64,000 nucleotides of DNA, from assembly GCF_964204645.1 (NCBI RefSeq), contig NC_134032.1, positions 6,250,275 through 6,314,274 of the forward strand. The letters run 5' to 3'. The notes below the pieces were generated by a model. The model made no database searches. It saw nothing but the letters and a program-made list of their open reading frames with translations, and was not told the origin of the DNA. This DNA is from Tubulanus polymorphus (Eukaryota > Animalia > Nemertea). Every line of letters starts with the position of its first letter. Within the stretch, counting starts at the first letter, position 1. The position numbers were made by a program, and so were the translations under genes. Shown piece after piece: positions 35,962 to 50,900 of the stretch.

Positions 35962-38900
35962 TTATAGTAATGGTTGTTGCTGGGGCTGAGCCTGCTGGTG
36001 ATAAAGTTGCTGGTGCTGATGTGGAGGCGGCAGCGAGTAGTTTAACACGCTATCCGACGTCGATCCAAGAGCCGATGGATACATGGCACCATTACTGGCC
36101 AGGCTGAAAAAACAAACAACGTCGAAATAAGATGCATCCTAGGTTCTTACATCACACATCCTCTCCATGAGAAGTCTTGATCCATGATTTCATCAATAAT
36201 CAGTTTAATCAGTTTATTAAACATCAATTTGTTCGGTTAGAATTTTGCATTCAAAAAAAACGATTTTTCCTCAAGTTTTTTTTTCATTCATCAGCAATAG
36301 TGCTCTGAACATAATCTTCGTGTAATGTTGAAAAACCACTCAAATCAATATGAAATCACCTAAATCAATGACATTACTGCATACATCGTACCTATTACTA
36401 TAATCCGACTGATTTACATTGAGACTAGACGTAGATGATACTTGCGGCATCTGACCTTGGTTTGGTGGTACCATTTGACCTTGAAACTGAGGCGGAGGCG
36501 CCATCTGTTCTTGGGGAATATGACCTTGAGGTGGTGGCACCGACCCCTGTTGAAAATGAATGATTTGTTTTTTGCGTAATGCATACATGTATATACAAAC
36601 ACAATATAAAGTACTACAACCTCCTTAATTTACTTGAAAAAAGGCTCCAATGTACAAGCATTTAATCCATTGTAGAACCTTTTTAATTCTTTCAGTGCTG
36701 ACTTATTATTAATACCCGGAAATGCTGGAGATAGAAAATACCACCTCAGTGTGATGTTTAATGGGCACACTGCTTTATCGTGTCTACACCATGTTGCGGT
36801 GTATCGTTTGTTACGGGTACTAATGTTTCAAATGTTTGACAGGTGCTATATACTATCTTTCAATAGAGATAAAAATAGTTTCTAATAACGTCAATACACC
36901 ACAATGTGAAATCTCAATCGACACGAAAATGAGAGCGTTAATCAATACAGGACCATGCAGTAGGATTAACTGAGTACATTTTACTTTGGAGCGCAAAAGT
37001 TCTGAGATTAGCAATAACGAATGTATTAACAGCTGATAAAGATGAAATCATGGTGCACTCAGTAGTAAGCATGTTCAACTTTGATGTAACATGGTAATGG
37101 GTTTCCTATGACTCACTCGCACATGGCAGAACAATGGTAAAGATAACAATTTTATTTGGATCTAGGGTCTAACTTCACCCGAATTTAAATCCCCCAAATC
37201 CCAGTAGATTCCAGATGTTGGCAGTAGATGGCGTGTACATGTGTGCGTGTACCGTGTTATCTGTTACTGCAGCGTTGCATGGAGTGTTTGACCCAATTTG
37301 CATTGCTTGATGAGATTTAATTAGAAAGGTCAATCAGGATTTATAAGGCTGACATTAAGGAGCTATGCATAATTTTCCAACCCATCTAGGATGGGTATTT
37401 TTGCTAGTTCTTGATGAAGTCACTGAGAAACCCCTTCTAAAAGGCTTTCCAAAAGATGCCCTTCAGAAGGGCTTTCCCTGTGATGCCATCATCAAGAAAC
37501 AAGGTTAACCGTGGATTGGAAGAATGGGGAAAAATCCATTGTAATTTTTCTCCCAGTACTTCCAAACGGCTATTAAGAACTGATAAATGAAACTCTCCAT
37601 CTAAATTCCCACACCCATCTCCCTTCTAATGAAAAAATCAAATAAGGAAACGCTGTTTATATAATTCATTCTGAAAATATTCTAGGCTATGTGAGTGTGA
37701 GTAGTTTCTTTAGAAGGGCTGATCACCACAGTGATATAGGTGCGCAATGTCAAGAGATATCAGGGGGGTTATAAGCGCACAGCGAGCGCCGAAGGCGCGA
37801 GCTGGAAGCTCCTTAAGTTAATCGTGCGTATGAGGCAAATTCAAATTTTCTATATTTCTCCATTTCTCCATACCGTCCTTCTCGAAAAGTGTAGTTTACA
37901 TCCGGGACACATGGGCATTGGCTAAATCGCGGCGATGAAAATGACGGTCACGGACGGACTTCCGTCGAAACTTGCGGGCCGCGTCGCGCGGGTAGTTTAA
38001 ATACGTGAATGAAGGATAACAAAACGATTTTGTGTAATTTTCAGAATATTTACAAAGAATATTCACGAAATATTGTCAAAGAAATGTCATTTTTAGTTCG
38101 TATTTCTCCGTAGAAACCGATTGGAAGACTGGATTCGAATCCCACAAAAAGCACAGTCCCTTAGCAACGGGTCGAATTTTTTTAGAATAACAAGAGCGCT
38201 GGTTTCACAGCATCACTAAGGGTCGAGTCCCGGAGAATAACGCGCGCGCGCGCGGTCCGTGGTTACAAAATGACCGTCCCGCTCCACACAAGTACTGAAT
38301 AATTAACTCAGAATTTTGCCAATCCCTGGGAGTAAAATGCCGTGCGTTTTTTAACATATCGTATCTTTATGTGTTTTTTACTCCCGTTTTTCAAACGTTA
38401 TTCCCCTTTTCCGTTTCGAGTAAAATTCGCTATAATCCGTACCGTATTTAAAATACCGTTGTTCCATTAATTCCGTACCCATGCAACCCGTTGTAATACT
38501 TAGGAACAAATCGTTAGTGTAAAACATATAAAACTATTGAAGCCATGAGATTTAATGTAGAAATCTGACGTTTTTAAACTACAGAAAAATTTATTTTCGT
38601 ATAATCGATAAAACCATAGGCTCTCAATACGTAATCAACATTCCCAAACTCCCACGTTGTTTTTCGCAAAAAATGATTTCTTTCTTTTTTAATCTTCAAA
38701 TTTCTTGTGTAAAACATATAAAACTGTTAAAGCCGTTCGTAGAACATATCTGACGATACAGGAAGATTTATTGTCGTAAAACAAACAAGGCTTTCAATTT
38801 GTAATCAACACTCCCAAAGCATGTTTTTTTTCGCAAAAATGAATTCCTTTTATACATGTATTTGATCACGGCGAATCTTCGCTCGCTTCGACATTTTGGG

Positions 38901-41900
38901 TGATTTTCTTTGGCCACGGCCCACGCCGAACACAGGTGCCCCCGCAAAACCTATTTTTTTACAATGCAGAATTCTATATAAGTTGCCGAAAGGGCACTCG
39001 CCTCTGTTTATTCATTAAAACTTAAGACTGGCTGTGCGCTTCACCAAGTTTCGACTTTGACATATTAATTATTATTTTAAGAATTCTCTAAATTTCTTCT
39101 TTGAGAAAAAAATCCATTTTTTCTTTCAATGAAATCACAAAAGAGCAACAAATTTTGGACAGACTGAGCAAGTAAGAAAGTTATCTTTTGTCACATTGCA
39201 AGCCGAACCACTGTAACCGACCATAAAAATGATGTGAATCAAGCATGCTTTACCATGGACAGATCCAAGTCCAGAGAGCTAAGATTTGCATTAACTGATT
39301 AAAAATTATTTGACCTCGGAGTTAACTCTAACTCATGGAACTGGATCCTGAGTCCAGAGAAAACTCTAATTCACAACTGGATTCTGAAGTATTCGAAATC
39401 CAGATTGAACTGATCCTGATCCATATTCGACTAAATCATAAACACAATTTTCATTTTGTTAAGCAACCCACAATTACCTGCATATGATGGTGGTGGTTCA
39501 ATGACATCTGTCCGGGCATCGTCGGCTGTGGTTGACCTTGAACGTTTGGCATTTGATTTGCGGCAGATGTCATTGCCGCCGGGCCAGTTGCGATGTGATT
39601 CTGCGGTACGTACTGCAATGAATGGCTGCCATTCACGTAATTGTTGAAATCAGGCAAATACTGCTACGCGCGAAAAAAACAGCAAAGCGACGCAACGAAA
39701 GATGTAAAAAAAGAAAAGATAAATGGAAATGAGTTAGGATAAAAGCAGCAAAATAAGCAAAAAAGGAGAATGCAAAAAATAGATGAAACAAATAAGTAAT
39801 AATGAATAACGATGAAGATAAATAACCAATAAGTAACTTGAAATACTTAATTGAAAGTCTTAGGTTCAACCGAAGTAACATACATATAACGTTTTCATTT
39901 ATCTAATTGAACAGTGGAACTCCGTCCGTAGACAGCTTTTGCAATGGGCAATTCTATCATTGCCAAAAAGGGTACACTGATAGCTAACGTAGAGATTTAT
40001 GCCATTTTAAACACTAATGAAACAAACTCATCACAGATAACTACATTGATCTTATTTCACTATAGCCATTGGCCGTTGGTTCTATACATGTACGACCTAT
40101 GTAGTAGGGCGAAATGAAATTGAATACTGCACTGACGACAAAACTTTGTAAAGAGGCAGGACTCTGTTGCTGTATTTTAGAAAAAATCTGACTTTCAAAA
40201 CTAGGGGTCCAGGGACACCATGCCCACTTGGGAAGTGGTTTCAAATGCTCAACAATCTAACAATTTCAACATTCAACGCCCCCTGGTGACCATTTACAAA
40301 AACCAATGACCTTGAAACTCACCACAATCATAGAACATGTCAGCAGCTACGATTTTGTAATTGATTGTGATAACAAAATATGCCTCGTTACCAATTTAAT
40401 ATGGAAATACTAAGTCATTCTACTATTCAACGCCCCCTGGTGACCATATTCAAAACCCAATGACCTCGAAACTCACCGCAATCATAGAACATGTCATGAA
40501 CTACAACTTTGCAATTGAACATGGTAACAAAATATGCCTAGGTACCAATATAATAAGGAAATATTAAGTTATTCTACTATTCAACGCCCCCTGGTGACCA
40601 TATAGAAAAACTTATGTCCTTAAAACTCGCAACAATCATAGATGATGTCATGAGCTACAACTTTCCAATTGATTGTGGTTATAAAATATGCATAGGTACG
40701 AATATAATAAAGAAATGCTAAGATATTGTATTATTCAACGCCCCCTGGTGGCCATATACGAAATCCAATTACCTTGAAACTCACCACAATCATAGAACAC
40801 ATTATGAGCTACAACTTTCTAATTGATTGTGGTAGCAAAATATGCTTAGGTATCAATATAATGTGGAAAAACTTTTTCCCACTTACGAATGAGTACTGGT
40901 GACACCAAGATGGCCGCCAATTGCGTCATAATTGGCTGATGAAAAATACATGTCTCAGGTATAAAACATCCCTTTCCAAAGAATACCCATCACAATTTGT
41001 AATGAGAAATGGCAAACCAGTAGGAATCTACAGGACTCAGAATTCGGGCCAAAATTAACATTTTTGGGCACTAAATAGGTCATAGGACGGCCATCTTGAG
41101 TCCGACCGACCCAATTTTTGTTATGTTGATGGGCCCTGGGGGGATTCACATATATCCGAAAGATCAAGGTAATTGATCGAAGCGTCTTCAAAATTTCCCT
41201 CAAAAAGTTAAAAAATGTGTAAAAAGTACTGATTTTGGCGAACAACAATGGCTGCCAGTCGGCCATCTTGATTCTGACAAGGCCAGTTTTTGGGCTGAAG
41301 ATGTGCCTAGGGTAGATACATGTGTAACCCAAATATCAAGACGTTACCTTGAAGCGTCTTCAAAACTTCCCAAAATAACTGGATTCCGTCTACGGACGGA
41401 CGGACGAACGGACGGACGACGGACGAAAAGTGAACGCAATAGCCCGCTGGGACTAAAGTCCCAAGTGGGCTAAAAAGGGCATTGCTAAAAAAAGCCTTTT
41501 GTTCGTACTCATCGGAAACTCATCGGAAATGAACTAATTCTAACACTTCAACTCACTCACATCCATGAAACTGAATCAAGATCCACAGTTATGAAGTTAT
41601 GAGTTGTCTAAACTCTAAAGTTCATTTTCAGTGACTTAACTCTGAATCAAATCTAAACTAGGAACTGTAGAAGCAGATCCAAAATAAAGGATTTATAATA
41701 CGGCACAGAGTGAAACAACAAAATTTTCTAGACAGCATTTATACGTACAGGAACTTGTTGCGGTAAAGATGGCGGCTGATGTTGTTGTACAGTGGTCGTA
41801 GGCGGCACCATTGATGACGGCGGATATTTCGATACCGGGGGCAATGATGCGTATCCGGGAAATTGTGGCAGTTCACGCATCAAACTGTGATACATCTGTA

Positions 41901-44900
41901 GTGCTTCGATCACTTTACCGTTAAGCTCCATCAGACTGTTGTGTTTGCGGTCGACATCCATCAGCTTCTGATCGATCAATGGCGCCATGCCTTTACATTG
42001 TTCTATTTCAGAAATAGGAAATAACCGCATTTAAGAAAATGATGTAATTATCATTCATTGGTTATCATTAAGTAACTATCAATATTATCATATTATCATT
42101 ATTATCATCAAGATAATGCATAAAGAAAACATAATACATATATGATTCATTTGTTATTCAATTGTTATTATTGATTACCTCTATTCACTATTATGATTTG
42201 TCATTATTGTCATTATTACTATTATTATCAGGGACGTAATGATGACTCTACAATTGACTGCCGAAATAGTGAATTTGGTTTCTAGTAAGTGAGGATCCAC
42301 CAGATGTCGGTACACCAGGTGCTAGTGTGCAGTAGGACATCAACTACTGCGGCAATAGAGGATTCTGCACATGACAAGCAAGAATAAACTAGGTGTCGCT
42401 AGTGTGCATGAGGAATATGATGCCAGATTTCTCAAATTCTACGAATGACAAATAAAAATCGCACCATATTTGAACCATCAAGATCGATCTGAGTTCATCA
42501 CAGGCCCGTTGGGGGCAATTTTTGAATGCTGCGGCTAAATGCCGATTTTGGACATGTTCTAAATATTGGTGCCGCAAATTTACTTAATTTCTTCAAAAAC
42601 GTGATATCCAAAGAAAAAAAGACATTCAGTAAATTATTGCTGCTTCCATTGCCGCTGCAGTCGATGCAGTTCCAACACCCTTACATCAAGAGATGTGATT
42701 CATCTAGTTTCTAATGTGGGAGGCTAAAAATCTCGATGAAATTTGATTGAAAATGAACTTAACCATCAGATTGTTCTATTGACATGCACACCATCTGGCA
42801 GCAGGATAGCTGGTACAGTACGCCATCAAGCGCAATAGCTGGGGCTGCATTGGGTTATCATTAAGCACAGATATCTATAGTATTCCTACCTTCTAGCGAC
42901 AGCATTTCAGTTGTGTCCGGTCGATTTTCACCTGTAGGATCTGCATTTTGAATCAGTTCTAGGCATTGATCGATCTTCTCCTGAAAAATATATATAACCA
43001 TTCATGAAACATTATTTTATTAAATTTCAACATTTTATCAACTATTGCACATGACCGGCAGAGCCGGGCAGCTTTAGGCAGGCCAATACTTTGGCTGATA
43101 ATGACTTTTTTCTGAAGGTTATTCAAAAACAACATTATGATCCGCAAGATTCATAGACAAGAGCCTCAAGGGGCACTATGGCCAGCCTCTCATATTCATA
43201 CTCACTTTTTCATAAATGATGCAATCTCTGGGTGGGTTATATTTGTCAAAATACACTCCCCATTCAATATAATTTACAAAGTACAATCGTGCTCATGGAA
43301 GTAACACAGACCGGAGGAACGAATACCTCAGATCAATCTTTTCCCCTTGTCTTCTTGAATTGTGTGCCAAATAAAATTAAATTTAATTTCATTTTGTTCA
43401 ATAAATAATATTGGATTGGATTTGATATTTCATGTTTGGATAAAATTTGATTGAACTTGCAATTCGAGCACATGGCTAATAAGCATATCAAGGTCATCCA
43501 TCTGATATGAGAAAAAGATATTTTTCCAGGCCCTTGAGGATGAATTTTTTTAAGTTCAAACTAGGGGTCCAGGGAGCGATATTTTTTTCACAAGATAGTT
43601 TCTTGTTTGCAGTGCGCATGCTCCCCATTCTGTTTGTAAACACAATCCACACGTGTGCACGCTATCAACCTACAATGCGTCAAATATACCCCCCAATCCG
43701 GGCACCTTTTCTACGATTTTTACATGATGAAAAATTTTGAAATTGACTTTCTGCCACCGCCTTTCATTCATATTTCAACTCTTTAAACTTTTGGAGGATA
43801 TAATTAAAGAAATAGTCGTTAAGCTTTCAAATGATTGCACATGCGTGCTTGAAATTAAGCTTTCAAATGATTGCACATGCGTGCTTGAACTGGAAATTAG
43901 TATGATTGAAAATAAAGATCGGCGAAATCTAAATGATTCGACTTTCTTTCAAATAGGCCGCTGCATTGGATAGTGGTTTGGGAATAAACAGAATTTTTAT
44001 GCATTAGTCCCCCTCAAAAATTGATCTCTAATTTCTAATTGGTTACACTCATCAACAAGTCTTTTCTGTGTAAGTTTAAAACATTGATTGAGTAGGAAAA
44101 CGCTACACGTCCGGGTTCATAATAAGCAGGTTTTCCATCCCATAAGTAGTAGACTGTACATGCTCGTATGTCAGTGTGTTAACAGAGGTAAGTGTGTACA
44201 CTTCTTTACATACGCGGGCACCGGACTACACTACAGTGACACAGTTCTCAGCGGTGTTCAATCAGCGATTCCACGTTTATTTGTCTACAAATACAGCAGA
44301 GCATGCGCACTGTGAACAAAATGGTGGAAACTCTTGTGAAAAAAAAAATCGCGTCCAGGGACACCATGCCCACTTGAGTGGTTTCAAATGCTCAGCAATA
44401 AATATTCAATATTCAACGCTCCCTGATGACCATATACAAAAACAAATGACCTTGAAACTCACCACAATCATAGAACATGTCAGCAGCTACGATTTTGAAA
44501 TTGATTGTGATAACAAAATATACCTGGTACCAATATAATAAGAAAATACTAAGTTATTCAACCAATAGGGAGGAAAGTCACCAGAGAAGAAAAATCCAGA
44601 AAATGAAAAGTTACACACCTAAGCTACATCGCGAGCTTGGAAGGTGCGAAGCAGCCCCGGCGGGTTTGGTGTCCTCCCCCAAGAAAATTTTTTGAAATCA
44701 AAAGCAATTTCCGAGCACTTACAGCGATCTTGAACGATCACCATATATTGAAAAGTGGTACCGGAATACTATAGTCTCAAATAACCCCAGAGCCTTCAAA
44801 ATGCAACTATAAAAAAAAAATCTCCCGAACTCCGTGAAAAAAAAACTAGGCACAAATCTTTCGCGCAGTTAATGCCTGCCACCATCGGATATGAGCAGGC

Positions 44901-47900
44901 CCAATGTCAACATGCTTCCCCCCGCCTTGTTGCATAATATAAGTACCCCCTAACATAAGTACTGTACATGTGTATGTACGTGAAACGTTGACATACATAC
45001 CTCATCAATTTCAAGCACTTCAGGAGTTTCAATCGCTTTGACTTCGACTTGATCGTTAAATTGCACGGATTTCTTTTCAGTTTTAACTAGGAAAACAAAC
45101 ATTACCATTATTCATACTACAAAATCTTTTATCAAAATGCATTTCAAAAAACAAACATTATGATTATTCATCCTACAAAATCTTTTATCAAAATGCATTT
45201 CAAAATGATGGAGATGATAATATCCCACGACACAAAAGAAATAACTTGCCACTGGCAAAGTCGTTTACCATTCTAACCGGGAGTGCATAAAGTATGCATC
45301 TCTTAGCTCCTTAGTTAGGAACCAGTCTTTTGGTAAAAAGACTATTGATTATCAGTGCATTTCAACAGCTGTTAGTTCTAAATATTTCCCTCCTACTGCA
45401 AAATATTCTGCAAAACTGTCTATCTACTGTCTATCTAGGTTTTTGAGGCATACCAATTCTATCATAGAGAATTCCATTTTGGGCTACTGATTTTTTTACC
45501 AACATTTATTTAGTATCACAATGATCTATGTTGGGCGAAAATCTTTAAGCTGGCTATTAATTCAAAAAGTAGCACATTTCAACCCACATTTCTGTGAAAA
45601 CTTAGCACAAGTCAGGGTCTTGATAAATTTTTCACGAAAAGCACTCCTAGGTTTACTACAAAAACCATGTTGGGGTCAAAATCTGAGGCTAGAAAATCAG
45701 CTTATTAGCATGGAATTACAGTATATTAGTTGGACTTACCTTCTGGTTCAACGGTGAGATCCGCTGTCACAAAATTAGCCGGGAACAAACCCTCACCGCG
45801 ATGATTACTTCCTTTCCACCAGTTCGGATCACTAGAAAAATCAATGGCAAAACTTTTAAATCTGAGCACTCTTTATATTCCTAATATTCAATTAAATAAG
45901 TGTAAGCGGTCATTTAAAAGTCATCACATTACTGAAAAGTCTTCTCCCTTTTTAAGTCCCAATTCATAATTCCAATTCAATTTACTAAGCGCTTAGGCGT
46001 CATTCGGATAATTCATCTCATTGTTGAAGTTGTCTCCTTTTCTTAGACTCAATTTGTATTTACAATTCTTCATTTTCATCGATATGAAAATCCTCCCAGC
46101 TCCAACGACGTAAGCCATTTTCACTGAACTACAAGCTACTTTAGTCAATAACTTACCTGTCGTCTAAGATAAAGACGATTTCACCGGCTTTGAATGTTAA
46201 TTCATTATCCTCAGCTGCCTCGAAATCATACAGAGCGCGAACCTGCAACACAAGTTTTATGATTAGATAAGTACCACCAGTCACCTGACAAGCACCCAAA
46301 TATATCTGCAATTCCCTGACTGTTGAATATATCCATAAGCACCCTGGAAATATAGATTAGCCTCACAGCTCATTTCAAGTATTGAGATGGACTTAAATTC
46401 ATGCCCTGCACCCAGTTCCACAGTTGTGAGTTAGAGTTAACTCTTCAGTTAAAACTAGTTCATTTTCAATTAGTTTACTCTGAGTTAAATCTTAACTCAG
46501 AAGTGTGGAACTGGCTCCTGATGATTTCAAAATGATGAAAACAGCCAGGAGTGGCTCTGAGGTAGGCGGGCTATGAAAACTACACTGTTGATTTCAATAG
46601 CCAAGTAACTGCAAATTCAATTCAAGAAAAAACCCACAATATGAAGAAAAACTAAGTAGACTTCATTCTACAAGCCATTTTCAAAATTAAAAGAGTAGTG
46701 ACATTTAAACTGTAGTGATGTTAAGAGTTCTATGAGCCATTTTCTATGAGCCATTTTCTAAGAAAGTAGTAACGTAAGACTAATTCTATGAACCGTTTCC
46801 AAAACAAAGAGAGTAGTGATGTTAAGACTCAATTCTATGATACATTTTCAACAAGCAGCCTATCGGCTGAGATAGCTACACTGTGTTTTGTTTACGTCAT
46901 CATTCTTCATTTATCTAAATGCCCTAGTCACAGCGGAGCTAAGAGTAGTGACATTTAGACTAATTCTATGTGCCATTTTCAATACTAAGAGACTAGTGAC
47001 ATTTTGACTCAATTCTATGAGCCGTTTTCAAAGCTGAGAGAGTAGCAACATTCAGACTCAATTGAAAACACCAACCTTTCGGAGTTCCTTATTAATGCTC
47101 GGTGATGGCGCCCTAGCGGTAGGGTACAAACTGCCGCCGGATGTTTTCGATTTTGTTTTTTCGGCTTCCTCCAATGACAGTGCAATTGCTGAAATTTAAC
47201 ACATGAAACAGCATAAATTAAAGCCTATGCAGGCGCGGATCCAGAGGGGGGTTTCAGGGGTCGTGACCCTCCCACCCCTGCTCAGCTACCAAAAAATTCT
47301 TAAATGGTTTTCTTGAAGGAATGTACGCAAGACAAAGTGGGCGGACAGTACCGCATAATCGGTACTATATCATCTTATGTTTTGCCAAACAATATGGCGT
47401 ATTGGCCCTCTATCATTAGAGATTTCAGTCGGCAGATTAACATTAACATTTTTATGAACCCCCTCCTGAAAAAAATCCTGCATCCACACCTGCTATGTAT
47501 ACAGTAAAACTTGTGCCTAAGTGACCAGGACCATTCATTCAATGACTTTCAAGGACTTTTTTGACTCCGTTTCCAGAGCTAGTTTAACTAGATAATCATC
47601 AGACTAGTTTACTTGAGTAGATCTATCAATACCATGATCAGATAGGGCCTATACCATAGATTAAGTGACCAAAATAGTTTGCATGGACAAGCAATGTCAT
47701 CCAAGGATCATGGCAAGGATTTCAGTATTTTAGAGCCCATTCCATGATAAGGCATCTCAAGGCCTTGAATAGACCTATTCCTATTTCAAAACTTTTGAGG
47801 ACCTTTAATGAGTGCTATGGACCCTGCCAGTGAACACTCCTAGTTTTGAGCAAAATGTTGCCGTTAGTTTTTGCTTCACATCATTCGGATCTTGTTTTCC

Positions 47901-50900
47901 CAAAACTAAACCCGATTGGATTATTCATTTGACCCCAAGATGGGACCATGGCTTTTGAAGTGTTGCCCGCATACAGTAAGCAGCCCGCAGGACTCGAATC
48001 CCCTTGTCAACCAGCACTGAAAGTGAATGTTAAGCTACTGAAAGCTACTGAGGCCACATTCAACAATTGGCATATCAATTGGCAAATTTATTCACTAAAT
48101 TCTCAATACCAGTACATGTACATGTTAATGTACCGATCAAAATGAGTTAATTGTCTCTACGTTCTACTCAGGCTTACTTCACTTAAACAATTCAGATTAT
48201 ATGATTTACCAGGGTCCCTATCAGATTGGTCAATCCTGGATATAAGGAATTTTAAAGGATAAAATTTCATATTTCAAGGAAGCGCCTGCACTATTTTCAT
48301 ATTCCAATTACAGTGGACTCCTCCTAAATTGGTACAGCTTATCTTGGTAAACTGTTAATTTGGTGGTTTTGTAAGCACAATTTTATCCTTTTCACTTCAA
48401 AACTTGGTTTCTAATTCTGTAACTGCATGATAGGGCAAAAATCCTGGTCCCAACTGTAGTCGTTATAGCCTGTACAACTGCAAACTAGACAATATTTCCA
48501 AATTGCCTATTTCTCAAAATTGAAGCAGTTTTAGAGGAGTTTTGCTCAAATTAAAGGAGTTTCAAGCACAAAAGCATCATGGAGTCATTACCACTCTGTT
48601 CACTCGTGTGTAGGCTAATTAATAATTACGTTATTTTTGCTTCGCATATGACTCAATAAATTTTACCTTTAACCAGATCTTCCTCTTCCTTATGATTGGC
48701 CTCGAGTTTGCGAGCAGTTGTAGCCGCTTTGATTGGATCGGGCGGTGGAAACGTGACGCCTTCTTTCAACAAACTCTGATACAAAGTCGGGATCAAACTG
48801 CAGAGAAGGAAGGCAGAAAAATAATCTTATTAATCGCCGCGGCAGCAAGAAAATTCTCGAGCAGTCTGAGCGATGATAGTTTGTGATAACATGAATTGGG
48901 GTTAAGGAAAAGTTTTAACATTGTGTTCACACGGGACAAAAGATAACCTTGACGGGATCAATTCTGCGCCAAGCACTCTCCAAGGCACGTGATTATTAAG
49001 AGGCAATCAGCTCCTTGACAAGCAGAGTTCAGGACCCATGTTAATGGGAGGTAATTGACTCCGTGGCAAGCAGGGACTGGGGCATGTGATATTCAGAGGT
49101 AATCAGCTCTGTGTCATACAACATCGACTGTAGGCATGTAATTTCAGCTCAATTTCCTATCGCTGGTTCTACCCCGCAGTACGACGTATAATTGAACCAA
49201 CCCATACTGCATCTATCTTCTACCTGACAGCACAGTGTGTCCTTATAATTGTTAATTAGTCTAGTCAAGCGGACATTTTTATGTAAGAACTCAATTTGTC
49301 TCGAAAGGTGATTCAGGGCCGCAGCACGATACCCATTTGGTTCAGGTATCTCTTGACTAACCTCAACGCCGAGTCGTCTTTGAATTCATTTTCTGCCCAT
49401 TTTTTCACCAAAGCTTTTAATTTATCAACAACTTTCGAATGTGCCTGAAGAATTAATATGTGTAAACATTAGATGTCATATCAATGTTGTGTAGGCCGAT
49501 TTTTCAACTTTCAGGATTCAAAGGGCTGATTTAATTAACATGATAGCATATATTCATAAATAATTCAAATTACAATAAATTGTTATAAAATTCATTGATT
49601 ATCATACAAATCATAATTTCAAATATAGCTGCAAGCAGCGATAACGGGTTCCTGCCTTTCTGGATAGAATGTCGTTCAGGGATGCGAGCAAAGATTTCAC
49701 CCGAAATCAGTTCGTTACATTCCGTTTTTTGAAAGAGTGCCACCTAGGGGTCAACTCACAACATGGATATGTTGACCCACATGTGCTACTATGCGCATGT
49801 ACTACTACGCGCAAAGTACTAATGTGCCAGGTTTTGGGGGAAATAACATCGAGAAGAACGAAGCTACGGTGTTTTTACCATTCCCTAGTGATAGTTTAAG
49901 CGCATATTCGGTTATTATTAGTTTCGAAAAAAGTCGACTAGATAAGAAAACCGAATTTGGCCCAAAGCACAAATTTGGCCTATAGGGTAAACTATGCAGG
50001 AGGGAAGGCCTTATAGTGTTACTATTAGTAGAGGAGTGACAAGTCAGTCTGACAAGTCAAGCGATCAGATGGGGACTACAATTCACATATGAAATTGACG
50101 TCCAATAACCATTATAAAAACATAATCAGGAACGGTACCATCACTCCCCATTACTGACTGTCACTGGTCTCTGGCTAGCAATCATTCTTTATCGGTGCAG
50201 TGGGTAGGTATTTTCAACTCACTTTGTTTGTTCTTCTATGACATTACCATCGCCGCTGCGTCACGATGTGATGTACATGTACAAGGGACCTCCAATTTGC
50301 AATGTATGTCATGTCTACGAGCAATTATCTGAACTTTTCTGATGTATAAACTGACTTTAGACCGTTTAATATCGACGATAACAAGGTATCACCGACGCTG
50401 ACATTTTCTGACGCTAACTAGTATGACCCGCCTTTTGGACCGGACCAATTCAATTCAATTAAGAAAACGCGTACCGGCACAATAAGTAAATTAACCGCTG
50501 GTGATTTTTCGAAGTATTGATATCCACGAAGAAAACTATACTATTATAGAATGTTTAAAAGGAACTGCTTTTAATAACAGTATGAATAAACTTATAATCA
50601 CAAAATATAGCTGCATAGCAGCAATAACGGGTTTTCTGTACAGTCTTGAATCCTGTTCAACGGTGGATTTCGACAAAGCATTTGATAAGGTTCAACATCA
50701 GCCATTACTAAACAGGCTATTAGAAAACGGTTTCAATGATAGGTCACTCAAATGGCTCAGCAGTTATCTCTGAACGAAAACTTGTAGCCGAAATCAACGG
50801 AATCTTGGAATAAGTCAGTCCAACTAGTGGAGTCACGCAAAGTAGTATCCTAAGTCGTCTTCTATTTAATGTCCTGACATACACAGTAATCCAAAATATA

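Noticed and set aside
40955-41332. ORFs recurring in HINE copies (also 22653, 56061, 56351, 59759)
   Set aside because: The frames are not conserved between copies and have no protein motifs; non-coding repeat.
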